A DNA stretch of 64,000 nucleotides from Bacteroidaceae bacterium (GCA_045603885.1 JAZUMZ010000085.1:132-64131); one strand, 5' to 3'; numbered from the stretch's first letter, positions 50,301 to 58,595 are shown. The notes: generated by a model not told the origin, from the letters alone. A program made the numbers and translations.

Positions 50301-51110
50301 ATGAAAAGAACCTTAATAACGTCTATTTTTATTTGTTTGTCGTTCATAAATGTAATGACATTATGGTCTTTTAACTCCCATTCATTTACAGGAAAGAGAA
50401 TCAATGTTTTCAGCGAAGTTAATGACGATTGGATTCTTATTGGCGAAGTTTCTTTGTCTAACTATAATTCTGGCTACGAACCAATCACTGCAAAATTGTA
50501 TGTCAGAGAGATTGCTAAGGAACTTATCTATCGGGTAGAATATCAAGGAGCGTTTTATGCTACCAGATGGCATGATGATTCCAAAACATACCATGTAACA
50601 ATAAACGGCAAGACATATAGATGCGATGTGCCTGTCAATTCTACAGAAAATGAAACGGAGAGTGGAAACTCCGCGAAATTCGTTGGTAAGTGGAAGTTAG
50701 GACATCTGGGATGGTATATGGATATATCTTTTAACAATGGCAGATATAGTTTTAATTTAAATCCCGACTTAATAGGAGAGATAGTAGAATTTCAAGAGAC
50801 ATCAAACGGCATCGTATTTACTTATGTAGAAAAGTTTGACAAGCGCCCCGAGTTGAACAGAAAAGGTTGGCGGTATTATTATGATGAACGAGACAACAAA
50901 GCAGACCCTGGCTATCCGACCAGCGGAAGATATGAATACGACAGAGAGGTAGTGTATTATACAGCTTCTATTGCCTTATCAGACAAAGCACCAGTCCGCA
51001 AAATGATAAAGATGCATACTTACTATTACTTGGGAACAGCATTAACCTATGCTGATACAGATACGGATTTTAATATGCCTGGTTTTACTACAGAACTAAC
51101 AAAATATTGA
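50301..51110 (+). CDS. Secreted two-domain protein, unknown function (second half has an FVGKWKL lipocalin-like start; no acidic-Trp tail)
   Basis: Signal peptide present. 269 aa. Ends in ...TELTKY. Confidence 0.6.
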   Translation: MKRTLITSIFICLSFINVMTLWSFNSHSFTGKRINVFSEVNDDWILIGEVSLSNYNSGYEPITAKLYVREIAKELIYRVEYQGAFYATRWHDDSKTYHVTINGKTYRCDVPVNSTENETESGNSAKFVGKWKLGHLGWYMDISFNNGRYSFNLNPDLIGEIVEFQETSNGIVFTYVEKFDKRPELNRKGWRYYYDERDNKADPGYPTSGRYEYDREVVYYTASIALSDKAPVRKMIKMHTYYYLGTALTYADTDTDFNMPGFTTELTKY

Positions 51111-51113
51111 ACT

Positions 51114-51650
51114 ATGAAGAAAATGATTATATTAACCCTTTGTCTACTTTGCGGTTTGTCAGTAGCAACTGCACAAAGTCAAGATCCGTGGGTAGGAACA
51201 TGGACTTCTGAAAGCTACAAGGCATTAGACAGTGAATCAGAAGGACAAGAATACACTAATTATCGGTACGTTATTAGAATCTCAAAAAATGGAGATAATT
51301 ATTTCGTGAGAGCCAAAACTATCAAAGTTGCAGACCCTGAATCAGCAATCTATAATGATGCTTATGGTATTAAAAATTCACAAGCCAAGATTGACGGTAA
51401 TAGAATGCTGGTTGAATCTCGCAGGGAAAAGATTCCATTTTATGTAAATGGACGAGTCGATTCATATTCCAACACAACATCATATTTCGAATTAACGATT
51501 AACAACGGAACATTACATTGTTCTTTTTACAAATATGTAGTTGAGAGTTATGATAAGAATATGAGATATGAATACACTAACACATTTGGCTTACATGAAC
51601 AATATCCCGGCCCATGTGTTGAACGCGATTTATTCAACGATGATTGGTAA
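51114..51650 (+). CDS. Small secreted protein, acidic-Trp C-terminus family, member 3
   Basis: Signal peptide ...VATAQ|S. Blocks are WVGTWTSE, then YVIRISKNGDNYFVRAKT, then the C-terminus LFNDDW. Confidence 0.7.
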   Translation: MKKMIILTLCLLCGLSVATAQSQDPWVGTWTSESYKALDSESEGQEYTNYRYVIRISKNGDNYFVRAKTIKVADPESAIYNDAYGIKNSQAKIDGNRMLVESRREKIPFYVNGRVDSYSNTTSYFELTINNGTLHCSFYKYVVESYDKNMRYEYTNTFGLHEQYPGPCVERDLFNDDW

Positions 51651-51693
51651 ACTTTTTCAGTACATAACAAGGAAAATAAAATAGGATTCAATT

Positions 51694-52230
51694 ATGAGAA
51701 AATATCTATTAACAATTCTGCTTTCATTGCTATGTTTGATTAATGCAATGGCACAAGAACCCGCAATTTGTGGAGATTGGATAGGATTGTATAAAAGCGA
51801 AGCCATTTCAGATGATGTGGATAGTGATGGGAGTAAGTATCTAGTCCAAAAAGATTATAGGCGTTACATTAGAATTAAACTAATAGGTGACAATTACACT
51901 GTTAGAATGAAGACTAGGATTGCGGATGAGAGTTCTCCTTTCACATATTCTCCGGAATGCCAAATTATCGAGGCAAACGACAGAATTATCAAATGGAAAA
52001 TGAATTTGGGACCTTCATACGATTGGAACCCATCAGACAGGCATAAAGGAATACCCATTGGCCATGCTGATTATTATGAATATTGTACTGTTGTGCTTTC
52101 TAATGGAACATTAAAATACTCTGAATATATGTTGACTATCTATTATGATAGACAAGGCCGAGAAATTGACAAACAAAAATGGTTTGAAAAAGATGGCCAG
52201 ACTTTATATAAAGAAGACTCTGATTGGTAA
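51694..52230 (+). CDS. Small secreted protein, acidic-Trp C-terminus family, member 4
   Basis: Signal peptide ...NAMAQ|E. Blocks are CGDWIGLY, then RYIRIKLIGDNYTVRMKTRIADESSPF, then the C-terminus LYKEDSDW. Confidence 0.75.
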   Translation: MRKYLLTILLSLLCLINAMAQEPAICGDWIGLYKSEAISDDVDSDGSKYLVQKDYRRYIRIKLIGDNYTVRMKTRIADESSPFTYSPECQIIEANDRIIKWKMNLGPSYDWNPSDRHKGIPIGHADYYEYCTVVLSNGTLKYSEYMLTIYYDRQGREIDKQKWFEKDGQTLYKEDSDW

Positions 52231-52250
52231 TAAGAAAAAAATCAAGCAAT

Positions 52251-52862
52251 ATGAAACAACTAATTATAATTTCTGTATTATTATTGTCATCACTTTCATC
52301 ATACGCACAATACGATGATGAAATATATACCGTAAATATCACGGGAGCTCCGAGCATTACACTTGACTATATGCGCAATCCTGGAGATATGGATACGCAT
52401 TCTTTCAATCAAGATAACAATCTGGGCACCTATTATCCTGACGACGATGGCGTAATTCGCATAGAATTGTCAAAAGGATACTATCAGTATTTAGTCCATT
52501 GGAATTCACACGGTCCACAAAACGGGAGTTTCTATATAAAAGATAGAAATGTATATTTTGAAATTCGTATGCTTCCTCCCTATTGCAATATAGATACGAA
52601 GAAAACTATTGAGAAAGCATACAGATGTTTGTCTAATAAGAAAAAGAAAGAAGCACGTGAGTTATTCTATATTGCGGCAGAGGCAGGAAATGCCGATGCG
52701 ATGTTTGACTATGCACGAATATGCTGGAATGGTATAGGTGGCGGGAAAAACAAAAACCATGCTTACCATTATATAAATGAAGCATTAAAACATGGGCACC
52801 CATTAGCGGCTACCTATATAGAACATTTTAAAGATAAATACGTTTGGAAATGGTACTTATAA
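52251..52862 (+). CDS. Secreted protein with N-terminal beta-rich domain and C-terminal Sel1-like repeats
   Basis: The ATG at 52251 gives MKQLIIISVLLLSSLSSYAQ|Y; the ORF-track start at 52224 is a TTG. C-terminal SLR block AAEAGNADAMFDYARICWNGIGGGKNKNHAYHYINEALKHGHPLAA. Paralog of 58643-59257. Confidence 0.7.
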   Translation: MKQLIIISVLLLSSLSSYAQYDDEIYTVNITGAPSITLDYMRNPGDMDTHSFNQDNNLGTYYPDDDGVIRIELSKGYYQYLVHWNSHGPQNGSFYIKDRNVYFEIRMLPPYCNIDTKKTIEKAYRCLSNKKKKEARELFYIAAEAGNADAMFDYARICWNGIGGGKNKNHAYHYINEALKHGHPLAATYIEHFKDKYVWKWYL

Positions 52863-52966
52863 AGGCCTGTTTTATGATAACAGCATTAACCGCCATTTCT
52901 GATAGATTATCTATGGGGAAGCCGAAAACCATATAGAGTAGGCAATAAACTAAATAAGTGTTACTT

Positions 52967-53161
52967 ATGGAGAACTTTAAATTATCTAATTTGCGCGAAC
53001 TCTCCACAGAGGAGCAGTTAAACTTGAATGGTGGCTTCGGCTCGAATGCTTCCTGTTCATGCTCTGGATGCAGTTGCTCATGCAGTGAAAAGAGTCCTAA
53101 AGCAACTGTAGATGAGGTCACAGATGGTGCCAAAGAGGCTGTAAAGGATGCAAAGCGTTAA
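52967..53161 (+). CDS. RiPP precursor peptide A (23-aa double-glycine leader + 41-aa core with 5 Cys)
   Basis: The sequence is MENFKLSNLRELSTEEQLNLNGG|FGSNASCSCSGCSCSCSEKSPKATVDEVTDGAKEAVKDAKR. The leader is nearly identical to that of the next ORF. The gene sits directly upstream of the C39-ABC exporter and rSAM genes. The ATG is at 52967; the ORF-track start at 52958 is a GTG. Confidence 0.75.
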   Translation: MENFKLSNLRELSTEEQLNLNGGFGSNASCSCSGCSCSCSEKSPKATVDEVTDGAKEAVKDAKR

Positions 53162-53180
53162 TTCTTAAAAACAGTAACTC

Positions 53181-53411
53181 ATGGATACTTTTAGATTGAC
53201 CAATCTACGCGAGCTCTCAACAGAGGAGCAGCTGCGTATTAATGGAGGCATGGATTCCACTGGTTGTAAAGCAGACTGTGGTGCTTGTACTTGTCCCTGT
53301 AAATGCAATAGCAAGAATCCTTCGAAGTCGGTAGGAGAAAGCAATGCAGATTCTGGCGACAATTCAGCCCTCGCCCAACGTAAAGTTACCGCTGCAATGC
53401 AGTCAATGTAA
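53181..53411 (+). CDS. RiPP precursor peptide B (23-aa double-glycine leader + 53-aa core with 6 Cys)
   Basis: The sequence is MDTFRLTNLRELSTEEQLRINGG|MDSTGCKADCGACTCPCKCNSKNPSKSVGESNADSGDNSALAQRKVTAAMQSM. Confidence 0.75.
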   Translation: MDTFRLTNLRELSTEEQLRINGGMDSTGCKADCGACTCPCKCNSKNPSKSVGESNADSGDNSALAQRKVTAAMQSM

Positions 53412-53414
53412 AGA

Positions 53415-55583
53415 ATGCCTCGATTCCGTATTGTTTACCAGCATGAGCAAGAAGACTGTGGAGCAGCTTGCCTTGCAATGATTTTACGCTTTTATGGCTT
53501 CCAAGTAACATTGGAGGCTATAAAGGCTTTTTGTGGTAACATGAAAAACGGAATAACGATGCTGGGATTAAACCGTTCTGCAAAACGAATCGGCTTTGCA
53601 ACGCAGGCAGTTCGGTTGAATGAAATGGAATTATTCAACTTAGAAGAAAGTCTATGCCCATTCATTGCATACTGGCGTCAAAATCATTTTGTAGTGGTTT
53701 ACAAAATTTCTGCCCAGCATGTTTATGTTGCAGACCCCGCAATTGGTAGAATCCGATACAACAAAAGAGAGTTTCTGGATGGCTTTGCATTATCAGAAAC
53801 CTCCGATGGCTTTGTTTTGCTATTAAAGCCAGAAAACATAAAAAAGGAGACAATACAAGAAGAACAACGAATTGGTATTAACCTACAAGATTACATTAAA
53901 CCTCGGTGGAAGGAGTTAACGTGGACTGTAGTCTCTTTATTAATTCTTTCTGCTATTGGCCTTATCTTTCCTTTTCTTACTCAGGCAGTAGTAGATAAAG
54001 GTATAGCAGAAAAAAGCCCAAGTATCCTGTTGGTTATTTTATGTGCCACGCTTTCATTAACCATAGGACGCGCTCTTTTTAGCTTTCTGCAATCGCGAAT
54101 GACCTTAGTCGCAGGGACACTAATTGATATAGAATTAGCCAATAATCTTTTGGTGAGACTGTCGGCTTTGCCTATGAAATTCTTTGCAGCCCGTAAGGTT
54201 GGTGATATGATACAGCGTGTTTCGGACATTTCTCGAATAGGCGACTATTTCTCCTCACGTATAGCAGAAAGCATTCTTTCAACATTGATGTTCTGCATAT
54301 ATGCCGGAATCTTATTATATTTGTATCCGTTGCTATTTGTTGTATTTATGATAGGAGCAACCTTATATATATCGTACATCCTCCTATTCCTACGCCGTAG
54401 GAAGATTCTTGACTACGAATTCTTTGGTGCTGCTTCAAAATCCCAAGAAGAATTGATACAATACTTACGGGGCATGACTGAATTGAAATTAGCATGTGCA
54501 GAAGATGAGCGCCTGGGTATATGGAAGAAATATAGGTATGAACTTTTTAGCGTAAGCCGTCGAAGCCTTATGCTATCGCAAAAACAAGAATTAGGGAGTG
54601 TCTTTATTTTCCAAGTTGTAGATGCAATCACAATATACCTGATGGCAATAGCTGTGATTGACGGAAATACCACTTTGGGGTCGATGATGGCCGTTCAATA
54701 TATTATTGGGAGCATGGAGAATCCTTTGCACATTGTTACAAGATTTATCCGAGATACGCAAAGTATGCAAATTGCTCTTACGCGTATCAATTATATAGCA
54801 TCGTCAGAACCAGAGAAGAGCGGAAATACTCGGTTCTCCTCACATGACATCCCCCCTTCGATTAAAATAGACAACATAACATTTTCTTATGACATTGATG
54901 ATAATAAACCAGCATTACTAAATGTAAATGTAATTATTCCATCTGGTAAAACGACTGCCTTAGTAGGGATGAGTGGAAGCGGAAAAACAACACTTCTAAA
55001 ACTATTGCTTGGTTTCTATTCTCCCGATAATGGCTCTATTTATGTCAATAATGAAAGACTGTCTGATTTTGATTTGTCAGATTGGCGGAAGTGTATTGGA
55101 GCCGTTATGCAAGATGGATACATTTTTTCGGATACTATTACAAAGAATGTTGCTTTGGGTGATACTAATCCTTCAATTGAAAGGATTAAAGAAGCACTTC
55201 GAATATCGTGCGCAGACTTTGTCTTCGCATTACCCGTCGGATTAAACACCATCATTGGAGCTGAAGGAATGTCACTCAGTATGGGGCAACGACAACGTAT
55301 TTTACTTGCAAGAGCTATTTATAAACGTCCATCTCTTTTTCTTTTAGATGAAGCTACAAATGCTTTGGATGCCATTAACGAACGGCATATATATGAAAAC
55401 TTAAATTCTGAATTGAAGGGGAAAACTGTTGTAATAGCAGCGCATCGGTTGAGTACCATTAGCAATGCTGACCAAATACTTGTATTTGATGAGGGACGTA
55501 TAGTTGAGAGCGGAATACATACGGAACTAATAGAAAAGAATGGCAAATATGCTGAGTTGGTGCGTAATCAGCGTTTCAATTAA
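53415..55583 (+). CDS. Peptidase C39 domain-containing ABC transporter (bacteriocin/RiPP leader-cleaving exporter)
   Basis: N-terminal C39 motif QHEQEDCGAACLAMIL. Six-TM ABC membrane domain. Walker A GMSGSGKTT, signature LSMGQRQR, Walker B LFLLDEAT. Confidence 0.9.
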   Translation: MPRFRIVYQHEQEDCGAACLAMILRFYGFQVTLEAIKAFCGNMKNGITMLGLNRSAKRIGFATQAVRLNEMELFNLEESLCPFIAYWRQNHFVVVYKISAQHVYVADPAIGRIRYNKREFLDGFALSETSDGFVLLLKPENIKKETIQEEQRIGINLQDYIKPRWKELTWTVVSLLILSAIGLIFPFLTQAVVDKGIAEKSPSILLVILCATLSLTIGRALFSFLQSRMTLVAGTLIDIELANNLLVRLSALPMKFFAARKVGDMIQRVSDISRIGDYFSSRIAESILSTLMFCIYAGILLYLYPLLFVVFMIGATLYISYILLFLRRRKILDYEFFGAASKSQEELIQYLRGMTELKLACAEDERLGIWKKYRYELFSVSRRSLMLSQKQELGSVFIFQVVDAITIYLMAIAVIDGNTTLGSMMAVQYIIGSMENPLHIVTRFIRDTQSMQIALTRINYIASSEPEKSGNTRFSSHDIPPSIKIDNITFSYDIDDNKPALLNVNVIIPSGKTTALVGMSGSGKTTLLKLLLGFYSPDNGSIYVNNERLSDFDLSDWRKCIGAVMQDGYIFSDTITKNVALGDTNPSIERIKEALRISCADFVFALPVGLNTIIGAEGMSLSMGQRQRILLARAIYKRPSLFLLDEATNALDAINERHIYENLNSELKGKTVVIAAHRLSTISNADQILVFDEGRIVESGIHTELIEKNGKYAELVRNQRFN

Positions 55584-55604
55584 GGACATTAAAAAGATAA
55601 TCAT

Positions 55605-57218
55605 ATGACTACGAAACATGAAGCCCTGAATTATTTGAAGGAAAACTATCCTTTGGTAAAGATTGTCGATTTTGACACTCTTAGTAAGTTATTTTATGAT
55701 GCGAGAGCACATATGCTATTCGTCGTCGGTGAAGAAGACCTACCTATCATTGCGGATTACCTACGTACTCACGACAAGGCTTTCCTAAACAAAGAATATC
55801 CACATTTCAGTGGCATTGATGGTATTATAGAACGTATAGATGACTTGCAAAACAAAGGCGTACTACTTCCTGGCCCAGTTGAACAACTAATCAGCACTGA
55901 ACCAGACGAAGTATATAAACGAATTGAGTATAATATTGAAAACATATTGATGCGTAAATTCGTACTGGAAACCACACAGCAATGTAATTTCAGATGTCGC
56001 TATTGCCATAACACGCTCGAATCTGTATATCGCCATCATACTAAAAGCCAGATGATGTTTCCTGTTGCAAAAGCTGCGATAGACTTTTACAAGGATATGT
56101 ATTTAAAATTCTACAGACGTCTACCTGATGAGAAAAAGGAATTGTTGCTTAAACATTTCAAGCCTTTTGTTGGGTTTTATGGGGGAGAACCGTCGCTTAA
56201 CTGGAATCTGGTAAAAGAAGCATCAGATTATTTCTTGAATTGTGGTTGGGAGAATGATGGAATTAACCAGAAAGATTTAGAAATATCTATAAATACAAAT
56301 CTATATATCCTAACAGATGACATGATGTCCTTCATATTGTCATATCAACCTCTCTTGTTTGTTTCTCTTGACGGGCCAAAAGAAGATAATGATCGAAATA
56401 GAATAACCGCTGACGGCAAGGGAACATTTGACAAGGTTTATTCTAACTTGATGCGAATAAAAGATGCAGATGAAAAATACTTTAAGGAAAAGATGTTGAT
56501 ATTATGTGTGGAAGCTGAGGGTAATGATAGTAAAGCAGTACATAACTTATTAGATAATCTTGGATGTCCTATAAGCTATTTAAAGGAACAACCATTTGGA
56601 TGTCTTGAACGTGAGCCAGAGAAACAGGTCCAATATTATGATGAGAACGAAGAACGTATGATTAATTCGGTCATCGATAATTATAAACATCGCGCCTCTG
56701 AGAATGATCCCAACGCAATAGAAGAATTTTCTTCATTATATTTTCTGGAAGGAGTTGAAAGTGACACGCCCTACTATCGTCGTCCTATATCAATTAGTCT
56801 CACATGTCCGCTTTGTGTTGACAATATTATGATTGGAACTAAGGGGGAAATGCATCTATGCCATAAGACGGATGGCTCCTTGCCACTCGGAAATGTTTGT
56901 GAAGGTGGGTATGACATGAAAAAAATGTTCGAAGCCTATCAAAGCTATGGAGAGGCAACAAATTGTATAGAATGTCGTAGTTGTTGGGCGATGAATGTCT
57001 GTAGCTACTGCGCAGCCTTGCGTCTTGATGGTGGAAAATGGGTAAATCCCAAACATGAAGAATGTGATTTACAAAGAAGACGTGTCGAATATCTTCTTAA
57101 ACTCTTTGTCGCGATGTATAAGTTAGACCCAACCATCTTGCCAAAACTAATGGAAAGGAAAAGGGATTTGAATATCTATAAGTCTATTGTTGATTTTAAT
57201 TCTTTTGTCAATTTATAA
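55605..57218 (+). CDS. Radical SAM/SPASM-domain peptide maturase
   Basis: CNFRCRYC (CX3CX2C) at aa 127-134. C-terminal auxiliary-cluster Cys motifs CPLC...C...C...CIECRSCWAMNVCSYC. A ~115-aa N-terminal extension precedes the rSAM core. Confidence 0.85.
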   Translation: MTTKHEALNYLKENYPLVKIVDFDTLSKLFYDARAHMLFVVGEEDLPIIADYLRTHDKAFLNKEYPHFSGIDGIIERIDDLQNKGVLLPGPVEQLISTEPDEVYKRIEYNIENILMRKFVLETTQQCNFRCRYCHNTLESVYRHHTKSQMMFPVAKAAIDFYKDMYLKFYRRLPDEKKELLLKHFKPFVGFYGGEPSLNWNLVKEASDYFLNCGWENDGINQKDLEISINTNLYILTDDMMSFILSYQPLLFVSLDGPKEDNDRNRITADGKGTFDKVYSNLMRIKDADEKYFKEKMLILCVEAEGNDSKAVHNLLDNLGCPISYLKEQPFGCLEREPEKQVQYYDENEERMINSVIDNYKHRASENDPNAIEEFSSLYFLEGVESDTPYYRRPISISLTCPLCVDNIMIGTKGEMHLCHKTDGSLPLGNVCEGGYDMKKMFEAYQSYGEATNCIECRSCWAMNVCSYCAALRLDGGKWVNPKHEECDLQRRRVEYLLKLFVAMYKLDPTILPKLMERKRDLNIYKSIVDFNSFVNL

Positions 57219-57463
57219 TGTCACATTATATGCAGAAAAAGAGTTCATATAAAGCCATTATCAAATATGCTGGATATGCTGTTATTATGATTATCCTGTT
57301 TTCTGCATTCATCTATAGAAATACTCTGCGTTCTCAATTGTCAGAATTGATGCAAAAATGCATTTTATGTAACTTTGAAAATCGACATCATTGTAAATAC
57401 TGCATGATGGGCCATCGGCAATGTTTTTTATGTGACAAGGTTCCTGTTGACTCAGATAAGTAG
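57218..57463 (+). CDS. Small single-pass membrane protein with three CxxC motifs, translationally coupled to the rSAM gene
   Basis: TAATG overlap with the rSAM stop. TM helix YAGYAVIMIILFSAFIY, then CILC...CKYC...CFLC. Confidence 0.55.
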   Translation: MSHYMQKKSSYKAIIKYAGYAVIMIILFSAFIYRNTLRSQLSELMQKCILCNFENRHHCKYCMMGHRQCFLCDKVPVDSDK

Positions 57464-57522
57464 ATTCGTTTTACATATATACAAATATTAACGCGATAGG
57501 TAAACTATAAGAAAAATCAATT

Positions 57523-58053
57523 ATGAGAAAAGTATTATTAGTAAGTTTATTGTCATTAATGAGTTTTATAACGACAATGGCACAACAATCCGCGATATGT
57601 GGGGATTGGATAGGTATTGCTCATGAAGCTGCATTTAAAGAGCATCCAGAAACTGGAAATATGATGAGAGTTGATGAAAAGTTGTATATTCGTATCAAAC
57701 AGATTGATGGGAAGTTTCAAGTGAGGATGAAAACACGAATTGCTGACGAAAGTAGGCCTTTTAATTATCTGCCAGAATGTAAAGTGATTTTTGTGAATGA
57801 CAATGTTGTAAAGTGGTCTCAAGACTGGGGGGGCAATAATGAAGGTAATTTAGGAAAAGAACAAGGTATTGTTGTGGGCAGGGACTCACAAATTGCATAT
57901 TATACAGCTGTATTAACTGATGGCGTGTTACGTCTTTCAGAAAAATATATTATCACCTATTATGACAGGCAAGGGCGAGTTATTACATCTAAAGATTTCC
58001 CTTCTAGTTATTCTAAGGGTGTCACTTTGTACAAAGAAGAGTCTGATTGGTAA
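57523..58053 (+). CDS. Small secreted protein, acidic-Trp C-terminus family, member 5
   Basis: Signal peptide ...TTMAQ|Q. Blocks are CGDWIGIA, then LYIRIKQIDGKFQVRMKTRIADESRPF, then the C-terminus LYKEESDW. Confidence 0.75.
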   Translation: MRKVLLVSLLSLMSFITTMAQQSAICGDWIGIAHEAAFKEHPETGNMMRVDEKLYIRIKQIDGKFQVRMKTRIADESRPFNYLPECKVIFVNDNVVKWSQDWGGNNEGNLGKEQGIVVGRDSQIAYYTAVLTDGVLRLSEKYIITYYDRQGRVITSKDFPSSYSKGVTLYKEESDW

Positions 58054-58068
58054 ACATTTAACTATTCA

Positions 58069-58595
58069 ATGATGAGAAAAGTATTATTAGCAAGTATGTT
58101 GTCCCTGCTTTGTTTGACAACAGCAATGGCTCAAAGACTCGCAATTTGCGGGGACTGGGTAGGAGTTTTTGAGAGTTTTAATATTTTCGACTCCAATGGA
58201 GACAGACATAGAGTTGATGCTAATTATAAACGGTATATTCGGATAAAGTTTATAGATGGCCAATACACCGTTAGGATGAAAACAAGAATAGCAGATAACA
58301 CAGAACCTTTCAATTATTGGTCAGAATGTCAAATAATAGAAGCTGACAACAGACAGATTAAATTGAAAATGGATTTAGGCCCTGAATAGGATTGGTCTTC
58401 AGACTCAAGACATAAAGGAATACAAATTGGTCATGCCGATTATAATATGTTTAACACAGAACGCTATTAAATGGAACATTAAAGTATTCTGAGTATATGT
58501 TGACCACATATTTTGACAGATTTGGTAGAGAAATAGACAGAGAGTACACATATGACAAAGAGCATTTGTTATACAAAGATGAAGATGATTGGTAA
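58069..58595 (+). pseudogene. Acidic-Trp C-terminus family, member 6, inactivated (in-frame TAG at 58387 plus a frameshift near 58450)
   Basis: The first 106 codons align with member 4 (CGDWVGVF...RYIRIKFIDGQYTVRMKTRIADNTEPF). After the TAG the homology continues (DWSSDSRHKGIQIGHADY). It then shifts frame (NGTLKYSEYMLTTYFDRFGREID...LLYKDEDDW*). Confidence 0.7.

Noticed and set aside
52828-53362. Antisense ORFs 52828-53133(-) and 53165-53362(-) opposite the precursor peptide genes.
   Set aside because: They are mirror images of the Cys/Ser-rich precursor genes. They have no signal or motif of their own. The sense-strand ORFs share a conserved GG leader and fit the cluster logic.
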